A stretch of DNA of 64,000 bases, from positions 20,676 to 84,675 of the forward strand of contig CALFUN010000037.1 in assembly GCA_937929915.1 (NCBI GenBank), in the 5' to 3' direction. Of this stretch, positions 38,852-49,900 are shown in pieces; within the stretch, counting starts at the first letter, position 1; each line of letters opens with the position of its first letter. A program made the position numbers and the translations under genes. The notes beneath the pieces were generated by a model. It saw only the letters and a program-made list of their open reading frames with translations, did not search any database and had not been told where the DNA came from. The DNA is from an uncultured Caulobacterales bacterium. Its GTDB lineage: Bacteria; Pseudomonadota; Alphaproteobacteria; Caulobacterales; Maricaulaceae.

Positions 38852-39646
38852 TTATGATGACACCATGCAAATGACTTGAACGATGCGGCGGTCACGGCGT
38901 AGCATATCAGCTTTTGCTGCATAGGCGGATAACTTTAAAGGCTCTGGGGCGATATCTTGCGGTTCAATATGGCGGCGCAAATGTTTGGGGGCAACGGTGT
39001 AAATTCGTCCTCGGCGCGGGCTTTCTGCCGTGACAACGCCGATAATTTCGCCGTCTTTATCCAAGGCAGGCCCGCCTGATAAGCCGCCTAAAGAGCCAAA
39101 TATACCATTTGTGCGGCCAATTTCTGACCACGCCAAAACAGATTCGTCGGATCTATAGCGCCCGCGAACAACCATACGGTTGCGGCCGAGTAGCTTACCA
39201 ATGGCTTCGCCAGGAAGGCCTTGCGGGAAGCCGAAAAAATACCCCGCCTCTCCAATTTGGCGTTGCGTGTGTAGATCATTGGGAAGCGGAGGGCGCGTCC
39301 AATCCGATGTTAAAATCGCCAGATCCGCCTCTTGCGAAATGGTTGCGTTAACGCGCAAGATTTTCATTTTCCCGATTTTAATACCAATGTCTGAACACCC
39401 ATCGACGACATGGCGCGCTGTCATCCAGCGGCCTGTCTGACTAATCGCAAAAGCGGTGCCGACGCTTGAAACAGGCACATCAATATTGACAAGGACTTGG
39501 TTGTCTCGCGGGCTTTCACTGGGCAACATTATACCGAGTTCTGGCGTGGAAATTGGCGGGGCGACATCTTCGTCTCCGAGGTTTGCGCCCCATAACATCG
39601 CTAGTAAAACTGCAAGATATATGAGCCAGTCAGGAAAATACTTCAC
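38852..39646 (-). CDS. Trypsin-like (S1) serine protease
   Basis: TARHVV, DLAIL and GLSGGP catalytic triad motifs. Confidence 0.85.
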   Translation of the reverse strand: MKYFPDWLIYLAVLLAMLWGANLGDEDVAPPISTPELGIMLPSESPRDNQVLVNIDVPVSSVGTAFAISQTGRWMTARHVVDGCSDIGIKIGKMKILRVNATISQEADLAILTSDWTRPPLPNDLHTQRQIGEAGYFFGFPQGLPGEAIGKLLGRNRMVVRGRYRSDESVLAWSEIGRTNGIFGSLGGLSGGPALDKDGEIIGVVTAESPRRGRIYTVAPKHLRRHIEPQDIAPEPLKLSAYAAKADMLRRDRRIVQVICMVSS

Positions 39647-39658
39647 CAGAGCTTACCT

Positions 39659-40072
39659 CTAACCCGCAATGGCGAATGCCAGAATAATAGAGCCAGACAC
39701 TTTAAACGCCGCTAATACTAAGGCGGGCGCAGTTTGGTTTTTGACAATGCGGTCTGGCATGCCTTTAAAAATCGCATCTGTGAGGCGAAATAGAAAGAGC
39801 TGCAGGAACAATGAAAAGCTCCCCCACACAGCCACATCAAATAATGAAAATTTATTGATTAAACAGGCCGCGAGCGGCAAAGCTAAGCCAATGATCAGGG
39901 CGGAAAAATGAATGGCGGCAGCCATATTCCCATTTTGTATCAACTCTAACTCATTATGTGGTGTGAGTTTAACATAGATCACAAGGCCCATAATATAGAT
40001 GATTGTAATGGTTAAAAGATAGAAAATTAAATAGGGAAATCCTGAGGCGAGGCTTTCAAGGGCAGGGGTCAT
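39659..40072 (-). CDS. DUF350 membrane protein
   Basis: KLTPHNE.ELI..GN.AAA pattern, four TM segments. Confidence 0.88.
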   Translation of the reverse strand: MTPALESLASGFPYLIFYLLTITIIYIMGLVIYVKLTPHNELELIQNGNMAAAIHFSALIIGLALPLAACLINKFSLFDVAVWGSFSLFLQLFLFRLTDAIFKGMPDRIVKNQTAPALVLAAFKVSGSIILAFAIAG

Positions 40073-40249
40073 ATGTTTTTCTTTTTTAATGAATGGCAAA
40101 CCTATTGTCTGCGTCCCACATATCGCATCTTGTTATGCATGCGTAAGCTGGGCTTGTGAATCAAGTGAAAAATTCGCTTTTGAGCCGATTAAATGTATTA
40201 GATTTCGCCTGCGCCATATTTACGAAAGTGTATTTGTTGCATGCGTAAT

Positions 40250-41437
40250 TTATGACTGCGTTTTGCTCTCTGCCCGAATAAGGCTGGCGCGTTTTTTCTC
40301 GGATTCTGATTTAAGTTGACCGCAGGCTGCGAGAATATCGCGTCCGCGCGGCGTTCGAATTGGGCTGGCATAGCCAGCCGCATTGACAATATCTGCAAAT
40401 GTCTCAATCGTATCCCAATCCGAGCATTCATAATCTGTCCCAGGCCAAGGGTTAAATGGGATAAGGTTCACTTTCGCGGGAATACCTTTGAGCAGCTTAA
40501 TGAGCTGTTTGGCGTGCCAAGGTTGATCGTTGAGCCCTTTTAGCATGACATATTCAAATGTAATACGCCGTGAATTATTGAGCCCCGGATAGTTACGGCA
40601 AGCCTCCATCAATTCTTTTAGAGGGTATTTTTTATTAATCGGCATGATCTCGCTACGCAGTTCATCATTTGCGGCATGCAGAGAAATTGCGAGCATCGCA
40701 TGTGTACGCTCTCCCATCGGCCCGATTTCAGGGACAACGCCGCTGGTTGATACTGTGATACGGCGGCGACCAATGCCAAGCCCTTCAGGATCGCAAATAA
40801 CGTCCAGCGCCTCGCCAACATTCTCTGTATTATAAAGTGGCTCGCCCATGCCCATAAAAACAATATTGGTGAGCTTGCGGTTATCTTGTGTTGTCGGCCA
40901 TTCACCAAGATCATCACGGGCGATGATGACCTGTAACACGATTTCGGCAGGGGTGAGGTTGCGCACAAGGCGCTGTGTACCTGTATGACAAAATTTACAC
41001 GTCAAAGTACAGCCGACTTGGGAGGAGACACAAAGCGCGCCTGTTTTAGAGACATCGGGAATGAAAACACTTTCGACTTCAATGCCGGGAGCCATACGAA
41101 TGAGATATTTCCGCGTGCCATCCGAACTTATCAGGCGTTCAACAATTTCAGGACGCGCCAGAGAAAAATGCCGCTCAAGCTTGGCGCGTAGCCCTTTGGC
41201 AATATTTGTCATCTGACCCCATTCAGTGACGCCGTAATTATAAATCCAATGGAAGATCTGCTTTGTGCGCATACGGATTTTCTTCGGTTCTATCCCAAGC
41301 TCCGGCCCAAGCGTTTCAAGATGGGCGGCAATCTCTTTGCGGCCCAAACCTACAAGGCGAATACGCATATCTTGCACGGCGGCTTTGGGCGCGTTTTGCA
41401 AGCTTGTCTCTACATTGGATATAAGGGTTGTGCTCAT
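40250..41437 (-). CDS. rlmN: 23S rRNA/tRNA m2A methyltransferase (radical SAM)
   Basis: [24 protein letters not shown] and [11 protein letters not shown] motifs; start codon uncertain (ORF open to 41548). Confidence 0.95.
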   Translation of the reverse strand: MSTTLISNVETSLQNAPKAAVQDMRIRLVGLGRKEIAAHLETLGPELGIEPKKIRMRTKQIFHWIYNYGVTEWGQMTNIAKGLRAKLERHFSLARPEIVERLISSDGTRKYLIRMAPGIEVESVFIPDVSKTGALCVSSQVGCTLTCKFCHTGTQRLVRNLTPAEIVLQVIIARDDLGEWPTTQDNRKLTNIVFMGMGEPLYNTENVGEALDVICDPEGLGIGRRRITVSTSGVVPEIGPMGERTHAMLAISLHAANDELRSEIMPINKKYPLKELMEACRNYPGLNNSRRITFEYVMLKGLNDQPWHAKQLIKLLKGIPAKVNLIPFNPWPGTDYECSDWDTIETFADIVNAAGYASPIRTPRGRDILAACGQLKSESEKKRASLIRAESKTQS

Positions 41438-41551
41438 CGCCGCGCGCATAGCATGCGGTGCGGGCGATGGGAAGAGGCGGGGCTGTAGTACAAACATCAA
41501 AAAACCCTCCATAATCATGAAGGGTTTTGTGATTTTCATATGCGGCAAGCT

Positions 41552-42076
41552 TTACATTAAACGCTTACGGCTTGTGGGGTTTGGTCCAATCGCTTTTTGT
41601 GATGAGCCGCGGCGGCGTGAGGGTTGATAGGCCACTTGGCTATGCGGGACGCAATAAGGCTCTTCTGGATCTGTTTTGCGGCCACAAAAGCGAAAATCTG
41701 ATTTCCCAGGGTCACCAATCGGCCATTTACACATATGATCTGTAATTGTCAGGATTGTGGCAAATTCGCCATTTGCCATAGGTTTCGCGTCAAGCGGCGG
41801 CGGGGCAGGCGGCGCGGCGGCGGCGACAATACGCGGGGTACGCGGAGCAGAAGGCGCGCGCGTGGTTTTTATCTGCGGTTTCGTTGATTTCGCCGTCGTG
41901 ACGGTTTTGCGCTTCGGATTAGACGGCTTTGCGCGGCCTGATAGGCCCAGACGGTGAACCTTACCAATCACAGCATTGCGCGTCACGCCGCCGAGTTGTT
42001 TCGCGATTTGAGACGCTGATAAGCCATCTGCCCATAATTTCGTCAATGTCGCAACGCGATCATCTGTCCAAGCCAT
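41552..42076 (-). CDS. gcrA: GcrA cell-cycle regulator
   Basis: MAWTDDRVATL.KLW.DGLSASQIA..LGGVTRNAVIGKVHRLGL; CKWPIGDP...FC...YC..H. Confidence 0.96.
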   Translation of the reverse strand: MAWTDDRVATLTKLWADGLSASQIAKQLGGVTRNAVIGKVHRLGLSGRAKPSNPKRKTVTTAKSTKPQIKTTRAPSAPRTPRIVAAAAPPAPPPLDAKPMANGEFATILTITDHMCKWPIGDPGKSDFRFCGRKTDPEEPYCVPHSQVAYQPSRRRGSSQKAIGPNPTSRKRLM

Positions 42077-42299
42077 AGATTTACTCTCTAATTTTCGAGA
42101 TTAGGCCTGCAAACGCAAGCACTATATATTGATTTTGGATGAACTCCCCTAGCTCACCTGACACAATATAAGGTAATGAAACTGTCGCAAACCACAAGAT
42201 GTTTGACTATCCTATCCACAGGTAATCTACATATTGTGTGATATTTTTTTACAGACGTCGTGATTTAGAAGTGATAGGGCGGCGCAAAGAGGATAATTT

Positions 42300-43133
42300 A
42301 TGTCAAGGACTGCCAAGACGCCATCTACGCTAGCCCAGCCAGCTGTTTTACCCGCGCAGGCGCGTAAATTCGGGCGCGTTAACTGGATGGGGCTGCGCAC
42401 TTTATATATGAAAGAAGTGCGGCGCTTTATTCGCGTTGGCCCGCAGACTTTACTTGCACCCATCATTTCAAACTTACTTTATATGGCCGTATTTGTTTTG
42501 GCCTTTGCCGAGCTGCGCCCTGACCCAAAAGCCTTTATGGCTTTCTTAGCGCCGGGACTTGTGATGTTAGGTATTTTAAATAATGCGGCCTCCAATAGCT
42601 CGTCTTCGATTATGACAAGTAAAGTCATTGGCTATATTTCAGATGTGTTGATGACGCCCTTATCCTCGCTGGAATTAGCACTTGGCTGGATTGGCGGAGC
42701 GGTCACGCGCGGGGTGCTTGTAGCGATAGCTACGGCCATTGCGCTCTCAATATTTACGCCCATGATGCCGATGCATATTTGGGCGATTGTGTTCTTTGGC
42801 CTCTCGGCAGCAGTCATGCTGGCGATGATTGGTGTGGTATCCGGCATATGGGCGGAGAAATTTGATCATCTGGCAGTGGTCAATCAATTTATCATTTTAC
42901 CGCTCTCATTTTTATCGGGGACATTTTATTCGGTACGGGTGCTGCCTGATTTTCTGCAAACACTGATCCAGTTTAATCCATTATTCTACTTGATTGATGG
43001 CTTCCGATATGGATTTTTGGGGACAGCTGATTCAAATATTTTGATAGGTGTTGTGTTTATTACCGTAATCAATATTATTTTATTTTCTATCGTCATGTTG
43101 GTGCTTCGCGCAGGCTGGCGGCTTAAGTCCTAA
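42300..43133 (+). CDS. ABC-2 type transporter permease (YadH-like)
   Basis: KEVRRF, FLAPGL, PLSFLSGTFY and NPLFYLIDGFR motifs. Confidence 0.88.
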   Translation: MSRTAKTPSTLAQPAVLPAQARKFGRVNWMGLRTLYMKEVRRFIRVGPQTLLAPIISNLLYMAVFVLAFAELRPDPKAFMAFLAPGLVMLGILNNAASNSSSSIMTSKVIGYISDVLMTPLSSLELALGWIGGAVTRGVLVAIATAIALSIFTPMMPMHIWAIVFFGLSAAVMLAMIGVVSGIWAEKFDHLAVVNQFIILPLSFLSGTFYSVRVLPDFLQTLIQFNPLFYLIDGFRYGFLGTADSNILIGVVFITVINIILFSIVMLVLRAGWRLKS

Positions 43134-43147
43134 AAGGAAACGGCATT

Positions 43148-44347
43148 ATGGCCAAAGGCGACCATCTTTACGATTGTTACAATCCTCCTAAAGTTTCATT
43201 TGAGCGCGGCGAAGGCGCTTATCTTTACACCAAAGATAATGATAAATATTTAGATTTCATAGCTGGCATTTCTGTCACAGCCTTCGGACACGCCCATCCC
43301 GAGCTTGTTCAGACGGTCAAAGATCAATCTGAAAAATTATGGCATTTATCCAATTTGTTCCGCGTGGACGGGCAACATGAGCTTGCGGGTAAATATTGCA
43401 AGGCTTTACCATGGGCCGATAAAGTCTTTTTCACCAATTCAGGCGCTGAGGCCGTTGAATGCGCAATGAAAACCGCGCGGCGTTATCAATTTGGCGAAGG
43501 CCGCCCGCAGCGTATTGATATTCTGACCTTTAGCGGCGCTTTTCATGGTCGGACAAATGCTGCGATTAACGCTACGGGAAATCCGAAATATCTTGAAGGT
43601 TTTGGGCCAGCTTTGCCTGGATATATCAACCTGCCATTTGGCGATCACGACGCATTAGAGGCGGCTATTAGCGACACAACAGCGGCGATTATGGTTGAGC
43701 CTGTGCAAGGCGAAGGCGGTTTGCGGCCGCTGCCACCTGAATGTTTACGCGGTCTGCGTGAGCTTTGCGATAAAAATGATCTTGTCCTTATATATGACGA
43801 AGTTCAATGCGGGGCGAGCCGTACGGGTAAGCTATTTGCGCATGAATGGGCGGGCGAGAGCGCCTATCCTGACATTATCGCAGCGGCTAAGGGGATTGGC
43901 GGCGGGTTCCCATTGGGGGCGTGTATTGCCTCTGGCGAAGTTGCCAAACATATGGTGCCAGGAACGCACGGCACTACATATGGCGGTAATCCGCTGGCGA
44001 TGGCTGTTGGTAATAAAGCCTTTGACATAATGAGCGATGAGGCATTTTTGGATCATGTTGTGCAAATTTCCAATGTGCTTAAGCAACAATTTGAGAGCCT
44101 CAAAGATGAGTTTCCAGATATAGTTGAAGATGTGCGCGGCAAAGGCTTGCTTTGCGGCATGAAGCTTAAGAAAAAAAATGTCGATGTGCGTTTGGCTTTA
44201 TTTGATAAAGGCCTCTTGGTGGGGACAGCTGGTGATAATGTCCTGCGTATGGCACCGCCGCTTATCATTACGGCCGATCACATACGCGAAGCTGTCGGTA
44301 AACTGCGCGAGGTATTTACGCAGGCTCGTCAATGGGATGATGTTTAA
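43148..44347 (+). CDS. argD: Acetylornithine aminotransferase
   Basis: NSGAEA, FHGRT, EPVQGEGG, DEVQ and AAKG motifs; adjacent to argF. Confidence 0.93.
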   Translation: MAKGDHLYDCYNPPKVSFERGEGAYLYTKDNDKYLDFIAGISVTAFGHAHPELVQTVKDQSEKLWHLSNLFRVDGQHELAGKYCKALPWADKVFFTNSGAEAVECAMKTARRYQFGEGRPQRIDILTFSGAFHGRTNAAINATGNPKYLEGFGPALPGYINLPFGDHDALEAAISDTTAAIMVEPVQGEGGLRPLPPECLRGLRELCDKNDLVLIYDEVQCGASRTGKLFAHEWAGESAYPDIIAAAKGIGGGFPLGACIASGEVAKHMVPGTHGTTYGGNPLAMAVGNKAFDIMSDEAFLDHVVQISNVLKQQFESLKDEFPDIVEDVRGKGLLCGMKLKKKNVDVRLALFDKGLLVGTAGDNVLRMAPPLIITADHIREAVGKLREVFTQARQWDDV

Positions 44348-44451
44348 ATTTGTCACGATGATGACGTTTAAATAGGCAATAGGCATTAAACCTAATATGA
44401 TTTTACAGCGCATGTGAAATTCGCTAATAGCGCGTTTTGCATGAGCCTCAT

Positions 44452-45375
44452 ATGCCGAAACATTTTCTTTCCCTTGCCGATATAGATGCAAGTGAATTGC
44501 GTATCATTTTAGATGAAGCTCGCCGCATCAAATCAGCGCGTGTTGGCCGGCCAAAAGGCCATGTTGATAAAGATGCGCCGTTTTCGGGCGAAACACTTGC
44601 GTTGATTTTTGAAAAATCTTCAACCCGCACGCGCTTTAGTTTTGATATGGCCATGCGGCAATTAGGCGGTAGCGCGATAACAGCCACACATTCGGACATG
44701 CAACTTGGGCGCGGGGAAAGCGTGGAAGACACAGCTAAAGTTCTCTCACGCTTTGTTGACGGCATTATGCTGCGGGCCAATCGCCACGAGACACTCACAA
44801 CGCTTGCGCGGCATTCGGCGGTACCCGTCATAAACGGCCTGACGGATTATAATCACCCATGTCAGATTATGGCAGATTTGCAGACCCTCGAAGAACGCGG
44901 CGGAGATTTATCCGATATGACCTTAACGTGGGTTGGGGACGGTAATAATGTTGCGGTCAGTTTCATCAATGGAGCCGCAAAACTTGGCTATAAGCTACGG
45001 ATGTCTACGCCGCCAGATTATGCTGTGCAGGGCCAAGTGATTGAGGTGGCGCGCAGCGAAGGCGCAAAGATTGACCTTATCACCGACCCGCTTACAGCCT
45101 GCGAAAATACAGATGTTGTGATCGCAGATACATTTGTATCGATGGGCCATGAAGACGCCGATAAACGCCTATCTGATTTTACGGGGTACCAAGTGAATGA
45201 GGCGGTGATGAAGGCTGCGGCTAAAGGCGCAATATTTTTGCATTGTCTGCCCGCCCATCGTGGCCAAGAGGTCAGCGCCGCCGTCATTGATGGCCCGCAA
45301 AGCGCGGTCTTTGATGAAGCCGAAAATCGTCTCCATGCACAAAAGGCCATTATTCGGTGGTGCTTTAAAGTTTAA
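44452..45375 (+). CDS. argF: Ornithine carbamoyltransferase
   Basis: STRTR, HPCQ and FLHCLP motifs. Confidence 0.96.
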   Translation: MPKHFLSLADIDASELRIILDEARRIKSARVGRPKGHVDKDAPFSGETLALIFEKSSTRTRFSFDMAMRQLGGSAITATHSDMQLGRGESVEDTAKVLSRFVDGIMLRANRHETLTTLARHSAVPVINGLTDYNHPCQIMADLQTLEERGGDLSDMTLTWVGDGNNVAVSFINGAAKLGYKLRMSTPPDYAVQGQVIEVARSEGAKIDLITDPLTACENTDVVIADTFVSMGHEDADKRLSDFTGYQVNEAVMKAAAKGAIFLHCLPAHRGQEVSAAVIDGPQSAVFDEAENRLHAQKAIIRWCFKV

Positions 45376-45464
45376 ATAAGGTGTAAATAGTTCGCTTTAT
45401 ATCCTTGTTTCATACATTGGGCGAACCCATATCCTGCTCTCAATCGAAACCAATAGGATTTGCC

Positions 45465-46559
45465 ATGACTAACCCAATGTTTAAGCCTTTTAATTGTAAA
45501 GGCTTGTCCCTGCCAAATCGTATTGTCATGGCACCTATGACACGTAGTCAATCCCCAGGCGGTATTCCAACGCAGGCCGTGGCGGATTATTATGCGCGGC
45601 GTGCGAGCGCGGATGTTGGCCTTATCATTACAGAAGGTACAACAATTAACCGCGGCGGGGCCAGTAATGATCCGAATATTCCAGAATTTTACGGTGAGAA
45701 ACCGCTCGCGGGTTGGAAAGCTGTCGCAGATAAAGTCCATGCTGTAGGCGGTAAAATCGCACCGCAAATCTGGCATATGGGATTGATGCGCAAGGCAGGG
45801 ACAGGGGCGTATCCTGATGCGACCTCCGATAGCCCGTCTGGTATTACGCATAAAGGCAAGCTTGTGACTTATGTGCCGAGCGAGGCGGATATTGCTGATA
45901 TGGTCATGGCCTATGCGGATGCGGCGGGACAGGCGGCGAGACTTGGATTTGATACGGTCGAATTACACGGCGCGCATGGCTATCTTATAGATCAGTTTTT
46001 TTGGGATGCGATGAATATTCGCGAAGATAGATTTGGTGGTGATTTAGTTGGGCGCGCGAATTTTGCGGCGGATATTATCCGTGAATGTAAAAAACAAATG
46101 CCTGATGATATGCCGCTTATTTTACGGTTTTCGCAATGGAAACAACAAGATTACACGGTGCGTTTGGCGGATACACCGCAGAAACTCGAAGACTTTTTGC
46201 GTGTTTTTGTCGATGCAGGAATTGATATATTGCATTGCTCGCAACGCAGATTTTGGGAAACGGAATTTGACGGCTCGGATTTGAATTTAGCGGGCTGGGC
46301 GAAAAAGCTAACCGGACTGCCGACAATTTCTGTTGGATCTGTCGGTTTGTCAGGTGATTTCATTGGCAGCTTTGGCGGAGAGACGAGTAAAACTGTCCCG
46401 TTAGAACAGCTCTATGAACGTATGGAGCGCGGCGAATTTGACCTTATCGGCATTGGACGCGCGATCTTGCAAGACCCAAATTGGGCTGCCAAAGTCAAAG
46501 CAGACCGTATGGATGAGTTGGAGACATTCACGCCAGCCGCTTTGGAAAGTTTGAGCTAA
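45465..46559 (+). CDS. NADH:flavin oxidoreductase (old yellow enzyme family)
   Basis: NRIVMAPMTR, ELHGAHGYL and DRFGG motifs. Confidence 0.92.
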   Translation: MTNPMFKPFNCKGLSLPNRIVMAPMTRSQSPGGIPTQAVADYYARRASADVGLIITEGTTINRGGASNDPNIPEFYGEKPLAGWKAVADKVHAVGGKIAPQIWHMGLMRKAGTGAYPDATSDSPSGITHKGKLVTYVPSEADIADMVMAYADAAGQAARLGFDTVELHGAHGYLIDQFFWDAMNIREDRFGGDLVGRANFAADIIRECKKQMPDDMPLILRFSQWKQQDYTVRLADTPQKLEDFLRVFVDAGIDILHCSQRRFWETEFDGSDLNLAGWAKKLTGLPTISVGSVGLSGDFIGSFGGETSKTVPLEQLYERMERGEFDLIGIGRAILQDPNWAAKVKADRMDELETFTPAALESLS

Positions 46560-46980
46560 GGCCGCCAAAATTGCAAATAACGGATGAGCGCCTTGCGCTT
46601 GCCCGATAAACTCATGCTGAATGATAGGATCTACGCACAGTTGATCATAATTGTATACATTCGCCGGCTTCCTTTGTTCTTCATCACATGGCTATTAAGC
46701 GGGACTGCAAATATTTTTGCATAAAAGCACTTCAAAAGAGATCATTTTGCTTAAAAAATGTTCTTTTGCATGATGTTTTGCGTAGCAATGAGGCAACACT
46801 TCAGAATTGAATGCCATTTTGTGAAAAAAGTGCTTGAATTCCAAATTTGTTTTGACAATGTAAACCTCGTTACTTTTAGGTAATAAAGCTAAATAACAAG
46901 CCAATTAATGAACGTAAGTTTGTTGATTTTTGAACGGATGACGGGCCAATTATAGGTTACCGGCCAGTTAAGGGAAATTT

Positions 46981-49900
46981 ATGAAACATAGAACTAATTT
47001 AAAAACCTATTTGAAGTCGTCTTGTGGTGTGCTTACACTTGCGCTTATGGGATCTGTCATGGCCACATCGGCCCAAGCTCAAGACTCCAGCGAAGAGACT
47101 GATGAGATCATCGTAACAGGATCGCGTATTGCGACTGATGCAGCTCTGACAGCGCCAAGCCCTGTGCAATCTCTGACAATCGATGATTTTAGAAATTCTG
47201 GTGATATTGATATTGCTACTTCTTTGCGCAATATTCCTGCCTTGCAAGGTTCAGATCCAGCATCGCTTGCTTCTGCGCAGGGATTAGTTGCGACAGGCGC
47301 GAGTACTCTTGATTTACGCGGCCTTGGATCAAATAGAACTTTGGTGCTTCAAGATGGTCGACGTCACGTTCCAGGAATCGGAGGCACGGCCATTGTTGAT
47401 ATCAGTGCAATTCCGCAAGCCTTGATTAAACGTACAGAAGTTTTGACAGGCGGCGCGTCGTCTGTTTATGGCGCGGATGCTGTCTCTGGCGTTGTGAACT
47501 TTATCACTCGTACAGGCCGAGATTTCGATGGTATCGAATATCGCTTCCAAGGCGGCATTAGTGATGAAGGTGATGCTGAGGACTTTTTTGGTTCGATAGC
47601 AACTGGTGGTACTTTTGGCGATGATAGAGGGAGCGCTGTGTTTGCCGCAGAAATTGCGCATTCTACTAGCATTGTAAATGGTGACCGTCCGAACTTTGCA
47701 GGGTCTGGTTTTTCTAGCTTGAACAATAGTAACGCGTTTCTAAATGGTATTTTGGGGCTTGCTCCTAATTCTGAACAGGCATTTGTTCCAAATCGTACAC
47801 TCCCAGTCTCCAGTGCAGGTTCAACTATTGCAGTTGACCCTACGCCATTTGCTTTTCCATTTGGTGCTTTGGGCTCATTTGTTAATAACTTTACGCCAGG
47901 CGTAGATGTCGTTCCAACAATTCCTGGGACGGACATTCCAGTGCTACAAATCATCGACCCTGTCACAGGTAACGTAAGAGCCTTTAATCCTGGTATTTCG
48001 ACAGGAAGTTTTAATGCGATAGGCGGCGATGGTATTCCTGTGGGTAATGTTGCTCCAGATTTAACGCTTATACCTGAGATTACAAGATTTGTGACAAGTG
48101 CCGCGGTGGATTATGAACTGCATGAAAATGTTACATTTTTTGCAGAAGGTAAACTCACTTTCACTGAAGCTGAATCTATTGCTGGTATCCCTTTTTCAGA
48201 TGATATTCCAATCGCACTTGATAACCCATTTTTGCCTGCGGAAATTCAAGCGCAAATTCCAATTCTTGATGCGTTAATTCCAGATACATCGCCAAGTATC
48301 TTTGTTGCTCGGGATAATTTAGGTTCAGAGGTCGGGGCTGGTAACAGAACAGAACGTTCAACTATCCGTGCCGCTGCTGGTTTCCGCGGGGAAATCCCAG
48401 GTTTGGGTTTTGATTATGAAGCCTCATATACATATGGCCGAACAGATATTGATAGCAATAATGTAAGGTCTCGGCTTAATGATCGGTATTTTACAGCGAT
48501 TGATGCAGTTGCTCTAACAGCTGCGGATCTTGATGGAACAAACCCTAATGTCGCTTTTGGCGCAGGTGGAGTTGGAACGCTTAACGCTATTCGCGCCGGC
48601 CAAGATCTCGTGATCGATGCCGGTTCTGCTCAAGTAGGTGATATTGTTTGTAGATCTGAATTGACAGGTTTACCGGCTCCAGCAGCGCTTTTTGTTGGTG
48701 GCCCGCCATTATTTGCTAATGGCACAACGATTAACGGCACTGATGTGAGCAGTGCTACGCGGCCTGTCACTTTCCAAATCGGTGACGGTACATGTGCGCC
48801 AGTTAATATTTTAGGGACAAATTCTATTCAAGGTGCAGGCGCAGACTTTGCATTTGTTGATCTTGAAAATGATACGATTATTACACAAGAACAAGTTCTT
48901 CTTACGGTGTCAGGTGATTCATCTGAGTTCTTCGAGTTACCAGCTGGGCCTATCGGTTTTGCGGCAGGGTTTGAATATCGTGAAGATACGTCACAATTTA
49001 CGCCGAACGCTTTCTTCTCTATTGAAGGTCTTGTTGTCGAAAATAATTCAGTTCCTATATTTGCATCTCCAACAGACGGTCAAGGGATTGAAGTTTATGA
49101 AGGTTTTGGTGAAATCAAAGTGCCACTCCTTAAAGATCTCCCATTCGCGAAATATCTAGAAGTTTCGGCTGCTGGTCGTATCTCTGATTACAATACGATT
49201 GGTAATACAGAAACTTATTCTGTTGGTGGTATATATCAGCCAAAAGATTGGTTCACACTTCGGGGTACTTATGCACGGGCCATTCGTGCGCCTAATATCG
49301 GTGAGTTATTTGCCCCTCAAGCGGCAGCATTTATCGGTGTTGATGCCGACCCATGTGATGATGGGAATATCAATAATGGTAGCTCAAACCGTGTCGCAAA
49401 TTGCGCCTTATTCGTGCCGCCTAACTTTAATTCTGCCGATGAGTTAACAGCTTTTGTTACGGGTACAACGGGTGGTAATCCTAATTTGATTGAAGAAACA
49501 TCTGACAGTTTCACTATTGGCGGCGTATTCCAGCCAAGTGGTATTTTAAATGGATGGCTTGATAACCTTGTCGTTGTTGCTGATTATTATGATATTGAAA
49601 TTACAGATGCGGTTGGGTCTTTAACAGGTCAAGCAATCGCTTCGGCTTGTGTGGATTTGCCAAGTATCAACAATCAGTTCTGTGACAGTGTTCAGCGGGC
49701 TTCGATTGCTGATGGCGGTGAAATTACAGGCTTCCAGTCAGGTAATATCAACCTTGCCGAACTCCGTGCTAGAGGTGTGGATTTTGATATAAGGTATAAC
49801 TTTGATTTGCCATCTTATAATGGAAATGATCTTGGTTCGATACAAACATCTCTTGTTGGGACACGGTTCATTGAAAGGTTCACAGAAAGTGACCCCGTTA

